From Salinispira sp. (GTDB taxonomy: Bacteria; Spirochaetota; Spirochaetia; DSM-27196; Salinispiraceae): a stretch of DNA of 64,000 bases. The DNA lies in assembly GCA_965602015.1 (NCBI GenBank), contig OZ271918.1, positions 1,056,001 to 1,120,000 of the forward strand. Direction: 5' to 3'. The notes under the pieces are model-generated. The model was not told where the DNA came from and searched no databases. It was given only the letters and a program-made list of their open reading frames with translations. Positions 1 through 9,488 of this stretch are shown here, one piece after another; position 1 is the first letter of the stretch, and every line of letters begins with the position of its first letter. The translations under genes were made by a program, and so were the position numbers.

Positions 1-1
1 T

Positions 2-1126
2 CGACTCGTTTTCCCCTTATTATTGACGCTTATTCCCTTGTTTTCGTTTTCCTCCTGCTATTACATAAACCAGGGTTCGGTACTATTATCTCATCGCCTG
101 TCGTCCCGTAGCGTCGCATCGAGCCTGAGACGAGCCGCCGGGGAATACGGGACTGATAGCGCCGAGTATCGCGAAATGAGAGCCTTTTTCCGGAAAGTCG
201 ATGACATCAGGGAATTCGGCATCAAAAACCTTGGCCTGGAAGATGACGGCAACTATGGGAAATACCTCGAACTTGATCGGGATTTTCTCGTAGCGGTGGT
301 TAACGCGGCTCCGCACGACAGCCTTGAGCCCTACCTGTGGCGGTACCCCTTATTCGGACCGGCGCCCTATCGGGGGTTTTACAATGAAGATCACGCCCGG
401 GCGGAGGCGGACCGCCTGGACCGGGACGGGTATGAAGTGTGGGTGCGCCGGGTTGACGGCTTCAGTACCCTGGGCATCACCAGGGATCCCCTGATTTCCT
501 TTATGCAGGAGTACAGTCTCTTCCGGCTCGCGGAACTGATTTTCCATGAACAGATCCACGCAAGCTTCTGGGTACCCCGCCAGATCCAGTTTAACGAAGA
601 GCTGGCAACCGTCCTGGGCAGACAGGCTGCCCTGGAATACCTGGCACACTCCTTTGGGGAGGGCACTCCGGAGCTCCTGGCGGCGAAAAACTCCGCCCGG
701 GATTCCCGGCTATTTTTTCGGGACATGAATTCCCTCGCCGGGGAGCTGGACAGCCTCTATACATCCGTCCCCGGCGACGGATTGACCCGCGAGGAAATTC
801 TCTCTCAAAGGGATGCTGTTATTGCGGAGTTTCAGGCCGACTTCGCCGAGCAATATGCACAGCGTTATCTGGGCCAGGGCTTTACCCGCTTTTCAGAAAT
901 GGAAATCAACAATGCATTTCTTTCGCTGTATCGAACCTACAGCGAACGGGGCGAGAGCTACGAGCGCCTCTATGAGAGGGCCGGATCAGTTCGGCAGTTT
1001 CTTGCCCTTCTGCAGTCCGCCATGGACGACCCGGAATCGTTCGCCATTGACTATGAGCGGGGCGACGATCCCTATGCGCTAATTCGGGGCCTGTTGGACT
1101 GGCATCACCAACGAAGCGCCTCGTAG
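2..1126 (+). CDS. Putative zinc aminopeptidase lipoprotein (DUF2265/Aminopep family), 5'-truncated by window edge
   Basis: Frame is open from base 2. Lipobox-like FSSC-YY, WRYPLFG..PYRG, STLG..RDP, HExxH (IFHEQIH) and FNEELA motifs. 3' end overlaps aroC convergently (1105-1126). Confidence 0.75.
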   Translation, partial: RLVFPLLLTLIPLFSFSSCYYINQGSVLLSHRLSSRSVASSLRRAAGEYGTDSAEYREMRAFFRKVDDIREFGIKNLGLEDDGNYGKYLELDRDFLVAVVNAAPHDSLEPYLWRYPLFGPAPYRGFYNEDHARAEADRLDRDGYEVWVRRVDGFSTLGITRDPLISFMQEYSLFRLAELIFHEQIHASFWVPRQIQFNEELATVLGRQAALEYLAHSFGEGTPELLAAKNSARDSRLFFRDMNSLAGELDSLYTSVPGDGLTREEILSQRDAVIAEFQADFAEQYAQRYLGQGFTRFSEMEINNAFLSLYRTYSERGESYERLYERAGSVRQFLALLQSAMDDPESFAIDYERGDDPYALIRGLLDWHHQRSAS

Positions 1127-2160
1127 CGTTTGTAGTGATCCAGCAGCACAATTGCCGACATGGCCTCGACTACCGGTATGATTCGGGGGCAGATGCATGC
1201 ATCGTGACGGCCCTCGGTGCGGATTTCCCGCTCTTCGCCGCTGGTGCTGACGGTCTGCTGGGGTTTGTTAATGGAAGAGGTGGGCTTAACGACGATGCGA
1301 AAGAGTATTTCGGCTCCCGTGGAGATTCCCCCGATGATTCCCCCCGCGTTGTTGGTGATAAATCCCTCGGCGTTCATTTCATCATTATGTTCACTTCCCC
1401 GCATATCGGCGGCGGCAAAGCCCTTTCCGAACTCAATTCCCTTGACCGCACCGATGGACAGCATGGCGTGGGCTAACTCGGCGTCCAGCTTGTCAAAGAC
1501 CGGTTCGCCCAGGCCTGGAGTCACGCCGGAAACCCGGCATTCCACAATTCCCCCCATGCTGTCTTCCTCGTCCTTGATGCGGGAAATAATTTCATTCATC
1601 TTCTCGGCGGCTTTCATGTCCGGCGCACGGAGGGGGTTTTTTTCGATAACCGAAGGGTCGTATTCTTCAATCTCAATGCCTCCGGCCCGACGGGTATAAG
1701 CCACGATGTTCACCCCACGGGATTCGAGGATTTTGCGGGCGACGGCTCCGGCGGCGACCCGGCCGGCGGTTTCCCGGCCGCTTGCCCTGCCGCTGCCTCT
1801 CCAGTCACGGAAGCCGTATTTGCTGGTGTAGCTGAAATCCGCGTGGCCCGGCCGGTAGAGCTCCTTGATCTCATTGTACGCGCTGGGCTGGGCGTCCTTG
1901 TTGTACAGAATCATCATAAGCGGCGTGCCGGTGGTCTTGCATTCGAATATGCCCGACATAAAATGCACTTTGTCGGGTTCTTTCCGGGGAGTGGTTATGT
2001 ACGACTGACCGGTCTTCCTGCGGTCGAGTTCCTTCTGCACGTCTTCGACGCTGATTTCAACGCCCGGGGTAACCCCGTCGACGATGACACCCACAGCCCC
2101 ACCGTGGGATTCGCCGAAGGTGGTGATGCGGAAAGCCTGACCGAAACTGTTGCCTGACAT
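1105..2160 (-). CDS. aroC: Chorismate synthase
   Basis: TFGESHG, RPGHAD, GRASGRETA, GRHDACI signatures. Confidence 0.97.
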   Translation of the reverse strand: MSGNSFGQAFRITTFGESHGGAVGVIVDGVTPGVEISVEDVQKELDRRKTGQSYITTPRKEPDKVHFMSGIFECKTTGTPLMMILYNKDAQPSAYNEIKELYRPGHADFSYTSKYGFRDWRGSGRASGRETAGRVAAGAVARKILESRGVNIVAYTRRAGGIEIEEYDPSVIEKNPLRAPDMKAAEKMNEIISRIKDEEDSMGGIVECRVSGVTPGLGEPVFDKLDAELAHAMLSIGAVKGIEFGKGFAAADMRGSEHNDEMNAEGFITNNAGGIIGGISTGAEILFRIVVKPTSSINKPQQTVSTSGEEREIRTEGRHDACICPRIIPVVEAMSAIVLLDHYKRYEALRW

Positions 2161-2210
2161 AACTATGCTCCTTATGGTTCACGTATCGCCCCATGGCTCA
2201 TTCCCGGCAA

Positions 2211-2738
2211 TTAGTGCAGCTGGGGACCAATGAGACTGAGAATTCGTCGCATTACCGCAGTCTTTGATTCATCTCCCGCGGATACCACAACTTCAGAGGT
2301 CTCAAGGGCCTTGGTTCTGCGCCTGAAGTATACCTGCCGGAAATTTTCCCTCGGATCTCCGCCTTCGAGGAAGGGTGGGATGCCTCCAGCGGCGATTCGC
2401 TCCCACAGAAGATCCTCAGCGACATCGATAAATACCGTTTGATACTTTTCCCGGTTTTCAAGGCGTTTCATCAGATCCTGATTTTCCATGCTTCCGCCGC
2501 CGGTGGCGATCACCATGAACCGGTCACTGGGCAATGAGTCCAGGGCATGTACCTCTGCTGCGGAAAACCACTCAAGACCGCGGTCCCGATACAACTCACG
2601 GATGCCTGGGTAGGAGGAATTGCGACTAAGGATGATCTCGTCCAGGTCGAAAAAGTTACAGTGGAAATGTGAAGCCAGGCGACGGGCCTGACTGCTTTTT
2701 CCGCTGTGTTTTAATCCCATGAGGACGATAATCCGCAC
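2211..2738 (-). CDS. aroK: Shikimate kinase
   Basis: P-loop GLKHSGKS, DLD, ATGGG; directly upstream of aroC; GTG start. Confidence 0.88.
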   Translation of the reverse strand: MRIIVLMGLKHSGKSSQARRLASHFHCNFFDLDEIILSRNSSYPGIRELYRDRGLEWFSAAEVHALDSLPSDRFMVIATGGGSMENQDLMKRLENREKYQTVFIDVAEDLLWERIAAGGIPPFLEGGDPRENFRQVYFRRRTKALETSEVVVSAGDESKTAVMRRILSLIGPQLH

Positions 2739-2828
2739 AATGACCCCTGACGCAGTTGTATAAAAACCGATGAATACCGTATGAATATACGCAAAACCCG
2801 TCCGGTCTTACAAGACTGGCGGTGATAG

Positions 2829-2853
2829 AAAAAACGCCGGCCATTGGCCGGCG
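2829..2853 (-). terminator. Rho-independent terminator ending the Nqr-like operon plus the 149-aa gene
   Basis: Minus strand CGCCGGCC-AAT-GGCCGGCG followed by TTTTTT. Confidence 0.75.
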
Positions 2854-2880
2854 CGTATTACCTACTGTGCGTTTTCTGAC

Positions 2881-3330
2881 TCAGTACAAAACAGCCTTGA
2901 TATCCTTGGGCTCCATGCGGAAGGCTGAGCCCCGGCCCTCGAGAAAATGGAAATTTCGTATCATGTGAATATTGAGTTCGGTAAAAATGAGTTTTGTTCC
3001 GCCGCCTTTCTTTTCCACCTCAACGTTAATCTTGTGGAAGACTCCGGTTCCGAAGGGGGAGGGAAGGTAGCCCCGGGCCTCGTCGGTTCTCACCAGGAAA
3101 CGGTCCTGGACTGTTATCGGTTCTCCAAGCCCTTTTTGACCGGCCTTTAGCAATTCTTCCAGCTTTTGCGCCACGTCCTCGAAGTCCAGGCCGAGGGAAG
3201 AAAAGCTCTCCTCATCGTGCTCGATGATATCCGTCAGGGGCCGTTTGTCGTCCCCCAGAAAACCATCGGCGGTAATGACCCCAGCCTGCATATTGGCTTC
3301 GGCTTTGCTGTAATCCGGTGTTTGTTTCAT
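2881..3330 (-). CDS. Conserved hypothetical protein (149 aa)
   Basis: SD GGAGGAG; protein-like sequence with GFLGDDxR, RGxLPSPF and GxGSxFR motifs; last gene downstream of nqrF-like. Confidence 0.75.
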   Translation of the reverse strand: MKQTPDYSKAEANMQAGVITADGFLGDDKRPLTDIIEHDEESFSSLGLDFEDVAQKLEELLKAGQKGLGEPITVQDRFLVRTDEARGYLPSPFGTGVFHKINVEVEKKGGGTKLIFTELNIHMIRNFHFLEGRGSAFRMEPKDIKAVLY

Positions 3331-3416
3331 GGTTTCTCCTCCTGCTTCCCTTTTGCCCGCTTTGCGGCCGGAAAAGCGAAAGGCCCTCTCTGGTGAAAGG
3401 GCCGTATAAGGTATTA

Positions 3417-4544
3417 TCAGGCAAACTTGTCGAAGAAAATTCGCTCTTCTTCCATGCCGTTATTGCGCATAACAACCATACAGGCATCGAGCATACCCGG
3501 GCTTCCGCACAGGTATCCTTCCTTTTCGGCGTCCTTCAAGTTGTCTGCATTGAGGTACTTGTCCATAACGTCGGTAATAAGACCGGTCTCGCCGTCCCAT
3601 CCGTCGCCGTCCTGGGGTTCGGAAAGGGCGGGAATGAAATGAAACTTTTCGTATTTCTTTTCAAGTTCCCGAAGCCATTCGAGGTAGAAAATGTCCTTGG
3701 TGGTCCGTGCACCAAAGAAGTACCAGACTTCCCGGTTTTTGATGCTGCCGTCATGAATCATCGAATTAAAAATCGACTTAAACGGAGCCATGCCCGAACC
3801 GCCTGCCACGCAGATCATGGCTGCATCGGTATCCTTCACGTGAAAATCGCCTACCGGGGCCACCACGTTAATCTTGTCCCCCTCCTTGAGATGGTCGTGA
3901 ACAAAGGTGGTTACGATGCCGCCGGGAACAAGACGAATGAGGAACTCAAGATGTTCTTTATCTTCCGGGTCCGACGAAAACGAATATGCTCTTTGGGTAG
4001 GCTGTTTGACCTTGGCGTACTTTGGCGCCTCAAACTGGCCGTATTGCCCCGCTACATAGTCGATGCTCACGCCCTCCGGCAGTTTGACAAGAACTTCCTT
4101 AATATCATGGGTAACGTCGGTGATCTTTTCGACGGTAGTCGTCACTTTTTTGATGTTGAACAGGCTTTCGGGAATCTCGATAGCCAGTTCCTGCTTGACC
4201 TTGACCTGACATGCCAGGCGGACCGAGTCGTTTAATTCCTCTTTGGACAGGTAGGGAGTTTCGGTGGGAAGCACCGGACCCACATCGCTGGTAATTTTTA
4301 CCTTGCAAGCTCCGCAGGAGCCCCGTCCGCCGCAGGCCGAGGGCACGAATATATCCTGTTCGGACAGGGCCAACAGGAGGGAATTACCGCCTGTTACTTC
4401 AACCTGTTTCTTTCCATTGTTGATGTCGACATTGAGCTGTCCGTAATTATTTACAATCTTGTCGGTGACCGCTATTAGGGCGCCGAGAATTGCGCTTACA
4501 AAACCGACGGCCACCGGCGCGATGAGTAATGCTGTCATTGTCAT
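3417..4544 (-). CDS. nqrF: NqrF-like NADH-oxidising subunit (N-terminal TM, 2Fe-2S ferredoxin, FAD- and NAD-binding FNR domains)
   Basis: CGGRGSCGAC...RLAC, RAYS, AGGSG, YLCG, C-terminal FDKFA. Confidence 0.85.
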   Translation of the reverse strand: MTMTALLIAPVAVGFVSAILGALIAVTDKIVNNYGQLNVDINNGKKQVEVTGGNSLLLALSEQDIFVPSACGGRGSCGACKVKITSDVGPVLPTETPYLSKEELNDSVRLACQVKVKQELAIEIPESLFNIKKVTTTVEKITDVTHDIKEVLVKLPEGVSIDYVAGQYGQFEAPKYAKVKQPTQRAYSFSSDPEDKEHLEFLIRLVPGGIVTTFVHDHLKEGDKINVVAPVGDFHVKDTDAAMICVAGGSGMAPFKSIFNSMIHDGSIKNREVWYFFGARTTKDIFYLEWLRELEKKYEKFHFIPALSEPQDGDGWDGETGLITDVMDKYLNADNLKDAEKEGYLCGSPGMLDACMVVMRNNGMEEERIFFDKFA

Positions 4545-4556
4545 AGAGATGTCCTC

Positions 4557-5150
4557 CTACTGGACCTGTAACATACCGGAAAAACCGATAAACGCCATGG
4601 CCATAAATCCAATGGTTATCATGGTGATTCCCGGCCCCTGGAGGCCTGCGGGAACCGGCGCCTTGTCGGTCTTTTTCCTAATCGCCGCCAGAGCCATGAT
4701 TGCCAGCCACCAGCCGAGTCCCGATCCAAAACTGTAGATCAGGCTTTGGGTAAAGCTGTAATTCCTGATTTGCATGAACAGACTGACGCCGAGGATCGCA
4801 CAGTTTACGGTGATCAGGGGAAGAAAAATACCTAGGCTCATGTAAAGCGCCGGACTGACCCGGTCAATGATCATTTCGAGCATCTGCACCACGGCGGCGA
4901 TGACGATGATAAATACAATAAATCTGAGATACTCAAGGCCCAGTGGAATCAGCACAAAATGCAGCACCGCCCAGTTTGCGGCCGTGGTGATTACCAGGAC
5001 GAGAGTTACGGCCATCCCCAATCCGTTGGAGCTCTTGATGTCCTTGGATATGGAAATGAAGGAACACATTCCCAGGAAGTTGGCCAGAAGAATATTCGAT
5101 GTGAATATCGATGCGAAAAACAGGCTAAATGGATTTAATATCGGGCTCAT
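4557..5150 (-). CDS. nqrE: NqrE/RnfA family membrane subunit
   Basis: FLGMCSF, LGIFLPLITVNCAILG; about 6 TM. Confidence 0.85.
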   Translation of the reverse strand: MSPILNPFSLFFASIFTSNILLANFLGMCSFISISKDIKSSNGLGMAVTLVLVITTAANWAVLHFVLIPLGLEYLRFIVFIIVIAAVVQMLEMIIDRVSPALYMSLGIFLPLITVNCAILGVSLFMQIRNYSFTQSLIYSFGSGLGWWLAIMALAAIRKKTDKAPVPAGLQGPGITMITIGFMAMAFIGFSGMLQVQ

Positions 5151-5776
5151 TTATCACCTCCCTGGGCTGCTTCATTTTTGAGCATGATGGATTTGGCTAT
5201 CCACAGCAGTAAACCCACCATGAAGAATGCGCTGGGCGCCACGACCATGATGGTCCAGTTGTACCCGCCGTCGCTGTAGGCAAGGGGGAATACCCGGAAT
5301 CCGAAAAGGGTCCCGAATCCCAGAAGCTCCCGGACGAAGGCGATGAGCATGAGCACCGACATGTACCCCAGGCCGCTGGTAAAGCCGTCCCAGAAGGAAA
5401 TCAACGGGGGATTGCTCTGAGCGAAAGCTTCGGCGCGCCCCATGATGATACAGTTGGTAATAATGAGGCCGACGTAGGGCCCGAGGTTTTTACTGATCTC
5501 CGGGCTAAACGCCTTGAGCAGCAAATCAACGATGATTACGTAAAACGCGATCACCAGGGTCTGGACTATCATCCGAACCTTGCGGGGGATGAGTTTTTTA
5601 ATAATCGATATGGTCAGGCTGGAAAATGCGGTTACCAGCGTAACTCCAATAGTCATGATGGCGGTGTTGGTCAAAAGGTTCGTGACCGCCAGGGTGGAAC
5701 AGATGCCCAAAATCTGAATGAGTATCGGGTTGTTGTCCCAAATGTTGTTTTTTAATACTTCTCGTGCCTGGCCCAT
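5147..5776 (-). CDS. nqrD: NqrD/RnfE family membrane subunit
   Basis: NNPILIQILGICSTLAVT, VGLIITNCIIMGRAEAFA. Confidence 0.85.
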   Translation of the reverse strand: MGQAREVLKNNIWDNNPILIQILGICSTLAVTNLLTNTAIMTIGVTLVTAFSSLTISIIKKLIPRKVRMIVQTLVIAFYVIIVDLLLKAFSPEISKNLGPYVGLIITNCIIMGRAEAFAQSNPPLISFWDGFTSGLGYMSVLMLIAFVRELLGFGTLFGFRVFPLAYSDGGYNWTIMVVAPSAFFMVGLLLWIAKSIMLKNEAAQGGDK

Positions 5777-6405
5777 TACAGCCCTCCCACTATGCTCTTC
5801 ATGTCCCGAGCCGCCTCTGAAACGATTACCTTCATGGCCTCGCTGGTTCGCGTGGCGCCGGTGATGGCGTCGACTTCATCGTCGTTGTAATCCGTTGCCG
5901 CTCCGGTGCCCGCCGGTGCCTGACGAAGGTTTTGGCCCTGGAAAACGTAATCGGGAATGCGCTGTCCGGCGAATTGTGCCTTGTACCAGTCTTCGGTAAT
6001 GCGGCCGCCCAGTCCCGGGGTCTCGTTCTGCTCGATAATCTCCAGGCCAACATAACGGTCGACGTCCTCATTAAAACCCATGACGACTTCTATGTTTCCC
6101 CACAGACCGGCGCCGTTGGTTCTCAGGGCATAATAATCTTCACCGCCTACCTCGGCTCGGTACCATGTAAGGCCGTCTTCAGTTTCATTGGCTTCTATGG
6201 CATTGAATCTGGTAAAAATACCTTCCCGATCGCCTCTGTCATACGGGATATCCAATGCGGAAAGCACCGCCCTGGCCGAGGCGAGTCTGCCGTTTTCTTC
6301 CACGATGTCTTCTGTACCGACATTGGCCAAGGCCAGGAAAAATACGAAGGCGAAAGTCACAACAAATGAAAATATGATGGTGTAAATCAGTCCGTCTTTA
6401 CTCAC
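5776..6405 (-). CDS. nqrC: NqrC/RnfG family FMN-binding subunit
   Basis: N-terminal TM, GLWG, ETPGLG, flavinylation motif DAITGAT. Confidence 0.85.
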   Translation of the reverse strand: MSKDGLIYTIIFSFVVTFAFVFFLALANVGTEDIVEENGRLASARAVLSALDIPYDRGDREGIFTRFNAIEANETEDGLTWYRAEVGGEDYYALRTNGAGLWGNIEVVMGFNEDVDRYVGLEIIEQNETPGLGGRITEDWYKAQFAGQRIPDYVFQGQNLRQAPAGTGAATDYNDDEVDAITGATRTSEAMKVIVSEAARDMKSIVGGL

Positions 6406-7658
6406 TAATTTGCTCCTTTTGCGCTCACGTTGCTATCCAGTTTTGCCGCCACCTTGGGAGCGCCGGTGTTCTTTTTTTTCTTTTTCTTCGGGGCCGGGGC
6501 GTACTCATCGAGGAGGCTCGCAAAGGTGTTCCCGATCATAATACCGAAGCTCGTTCCCTCGGGAAAACCGCTGAAAGTACGCACCAGAATAGTCACCGAA
6601 CCAATGAGTATGCCGTATATAAACTGAGACAACGGCTTGTTTGGTCCGGAAACCGGGTCGGTTGCCATAAAAACCGCCACGTAAAACAGTGACCCGGAGA
6701 ACAGAAACTTTGTTATATCCACAATCTGTTCAGTAAGGGTTTTCCCGGCTGGGTTCATCATGACGGGGTTCTCGGGGCTCAGGGCGTCCAGCAGTCCGGC
6801 ATAGTAAAAAATCACCGTCATCACGGTTGCGGAAAGCAGCGTCATGCTGATCATTCGCCAGTTAGCCGTCTTGGTCCACATCAGATAGATCGCGGCGAGA
6901 ATAATGAGAAAAATCGCCGACTCGCCCATGGACCCGACCCGTCTGCCCAAAAAGAGGTTGAGGAGGGTGTTTTCTCCCAGGTATTCGCTTCCGGCGGGAA
7001 GATTTGTGGTGGACAGACCCCGATATATTTCAAGAGGGGTCACGGTGCTCACCGCGTCTATTTCCGGATAGATAAGACCGGCGTATGCGCTGATGACATA
7101 CAGTACAACGGTTAAACCGATGGAGCCAAAAATTGTCGCCTGGACGAGCTTCTTCTTCTCGTAATTGTTGGTGATAATCCAGTATGCAGCGGCGACGATG
7201 AGTATCATAAAGATCGCTTCCACATATCCGCTGCCCTGTACCTGGGAATTCACCCCGATGGTGCCGAAGGCCCCGGGTATCATCCAGGTGGTCTGCATCA
7301 GCAGCGGGAAAGAAATGTAGGTGAACAGCCGGCCGGTGATGGCCGGGTTAAACACGTTCCGGCCGAATCCGCCGTATACGCCTTTGCCCATAACCACCGC
7401 AAAAACCGATGCTATGGCCGCGATCCACAGGGGAACTGCCGGAGGGAAGGAAAGAGCCAGAAGCATTGATGTGACAAGAACCGCCTCGCTGACTTTTTTG
7501 TTTCGCGCTTTTTCCATGATGAATTCGGAAATGATACCGACTCCGAAGACCACCGCACTGACGGCGATAACCCGCCATCCGTACAGAAATATGGAGTACA
7601 GGAAAATGGGTATGAGGGAGTACATCACCTTCCTCATGATTTGTTGTTTTTGAAACAC
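6405..7658 (-). CDS. nqrB: NqrB/RnfD family membrane subunit
   Basis: GGFGRNVFNPA, GSMGE, FMATDPVS, FPEG; GTG start with SD AGGAGG. Confidence 0.85.
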   Translation of the reverse strand: MFQKQQIMRKVMYSLIPIFLYSIFLYGWRVIAVSAVVFGVGIISEFIMEKARNKKVSEAVLVTSMLLALSFPPAVPLWIAAIASVFAVVMGKGVYGGFGRNVFNPAITGRLFTYISFPLLMQTTWMIPGAFGTIGVNSQVQGSGYVEAIFMILIVAAAYWIITNNYEKKKLVQATIFGSIGLTVVLYVISAYAGLIYPEIDAVSTVTPLEIYRGLSTTNLPAGSEYLGENTLLNLFLGRRVGSMGESAIFLIILAAIYLMWTKTANWRMISMTLLSATVMTVIFYYAGLLDALSPENPVMMNPAGKTLTEQIVDITKFLFSGSLFYVAVFMATDPVSGPNKPLSQFIYGILIGSVTILVRTFSGFPEGTSFGIMIGNTFASLLDEYAPAPKKKKKKNTGAPKVAAKLDSNVSAKGAN

Positions 7659-7974
7659 AATTCCTCCTAACGACCGTTGGCAGCTGATAATGTTACGTAT
7701 TGTGATGCTGATTCTGTGCCCTTAGTATACTCCAAGTGATTTTTCTTGTGTGCAAAAAATCCCTCACAGCTTTGCCGGGCCCAGATATACCTTATTAAAT
7801 AAGTAAGCTTATCTGTGTATGATGGTACTATATGAATCTAAAATTATCAATAAAAAAATATCGTGAACCGGCGGTGTTTTGCTGGACGTCGGGAGCTTCT
7901 CTAGATACTTTTTAGGTGAATGCTATTTTCTTATTCTTAAAAAGATAGTAGAATACTCAGGAATTAGCGGGTCG

Positions 7975-8961
7975 ATGTTCGGTAGAAAGGCAGATGATAC
8001 GCATAAAAAACGGCGTCGTTTTGCCCTCTCGCTGTTTCCATCTCAGGACCCGGTGAAAAATCTCAGCCTTGAACACGCACTCTTCTCATCCGAAGAAATC
8101 GGCAAGCACCTTGAGCGCCTGTCCTTTTATATAGATGAGCCTGCGGTGGTCATCGGCAAACACCAAAACCCCTGGAATGAAGTCTCCCTCGATGTTCTCC
8201 TCGAAGGAAGACTAGCGATTTTGCGGCGGTTCAGCGGAGGAGGGACGGTTTTTCACGACAGGGGCAATGTAAACTGGAGTTTTATCTCCCGCAAGGAAGG
8301 ATTCAGCCAGGAAGAAAACCTTCAAATAATCGCCGATTTAGCGGCGGAGTACAGCGCCCTGGCCCCCAATGATTTTTCCATCGGGGAGCGCGGCGACGTT
8401 TTTTGGCGGGGAAAGAAAGTGAGCGGCAACGCCTTGGCGTTCCGGGGGGAGAAGGTGCTGCATCACGGCACGCTTTTGGTAGACTCTGACCTGGGAAAAC
8501 TGGGAAATGCCCTCGGAGGTCTAACACGGCGCTACCCCGGTATTCGGATTGAGGGTGCAGCGGTGGCATCGAACCCTTCTCCGGTTATCAGTCTGTCCCG
8601 TGCCGCAGGACGGGAGCTCAGCGCCGAAGGATTTGTTCGTTTTGCCCTTGGCGGGGATTCCAGTCTCTCGGGAATGTCTGTGGATTCCCACAACGGTTCA
8701 ACTGGTGCAGGGGGTTTGCCGCGTGTGCCGAAGGAGCTCATTGAACTGTATCGTTCAACCGACTGGCATTTTCGGCGCACCCCCGCCTTTCGTATTATAA
8801 TAGAGGAAGGCGTTGAAATATCGGTGGAGAAGGGCGTCGCCGCCATCAGTATCGCCGGCAAGGAAGAGAACATGCGCACATGCGACCTGTTGAACGGCGA
8901 GTGTCTGCGCTGGCTCGATGAAACTATTGCAACATATCATGCAGCCGGAAAAAAAGGCTGA
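7975..8961 (+). CDS. lplA: Lipoate-protein ligase A
   Basis: VVIGKHQNPW, RRFSGGGTVFHD, KVSGNA, HHGTLL; upstream of pdh genes; start uncertain (ATG 7975 preferred to TTG 7879). Confidence 0.88.
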   Translation: MFGRKADDTHKKRRRFALSLFPSQDPVKNLSLEHALFSSEEIGKHLERLSFYIDEPAVVIGKHQNPWNEVSLDVLLEGRLAILRRFSGGGTVFHDRGNVNWSFISRKEGFSQEENLQIIADLAAEYSALAPNDFSIGERGDVFWRGKKVSGNALAFRGEKVLHHGTLLVDSDLGKLGNALGGLTRRYPGIRIEGAAVASNPSPVISLSRAAGRELSAEGFVRFALGGDSSLSGMSVDSHNGSTGAGGLPRVPKELIELYRSTDWHFRRTPAFRIIIEEGVEISVEKGVAAISIAGKEENMRTCDLLNGECLRWLDETIATYHAAGKKG

Positions 8962-9035
8962 GTTCCCGGCAGCGGTCCGTTGGGCTGAGATGCCGCCAAA
9001 TATACAAATGTGTAGTGCTTGATCAGGAGGATTGA

Positions 9036-9488
9036 ATGGACAACAAGCAGATGATGAACATCCTTGACCGACTGCTTGAAGAGGCAAAGGTGGCGATTCT
9101 CGCCAACATTGATGAAGACGGCAAGCCCGTCATGCGCTGGATGAGTCCCGGATTGGTACGCGGCCAGGAAGGATTGCTCTATGCGGTAACCAGCCCGAAC
9201 TTCAAAAAAACCGTTCAGCTCGAGAAAAACCCGAACGTCCAGTGGATGGTGCAGAAGAAAGATCTCTCCGAGGTCGTCTCCATCAAGGGCAGCATGCAGG
9301 TGCTTGATAATCCGAGCCTGCGCTCCATGGTGTTGGAAGCTATCGGTACCAAACTTGCCACCTTCTGGAAAGTAAACATGAACGACACCGAAGTGGTTAT
9401 ACTCGAAACCGTAATCGAAGAAATGGAGTACTTCTCAGCCACAAAGGGCATTAAGGAACAGGTTGAAATCATCCGGGGAGAAAATTAA
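9036..9488 (+). CDS. Pyridoxamine 5'-phosphate oxidase-like (FMN-binding split-barrel) protein
   Basis: LANIDEDGKPVMRWM...KTVQLEKNPNV pattern; SD AGGAGG; stop overlaps pdhA start. Confidence 0.75.
   Translation: MDNKQMMNILDRLLEEAKVAILANIDEDGKPVMRWMSPGLVRGQEGLLYAVTSPNFKKTVQLEKNPNVQWMVQKKDLSEVVSIKGSMQVLDNPSLRSMVLEAIGTKLATFWKVNMNDTEVVILETVIEEMEYFSATKGIKEQVEIIRGEN

Noticed and set aside
6468..6490. T/A runs encoding poly-Lys at the NqrB C-terminus as a phase-variation tract
   Set aside because: Mixed AAG/AAA codons, longest run about 8, frame intact
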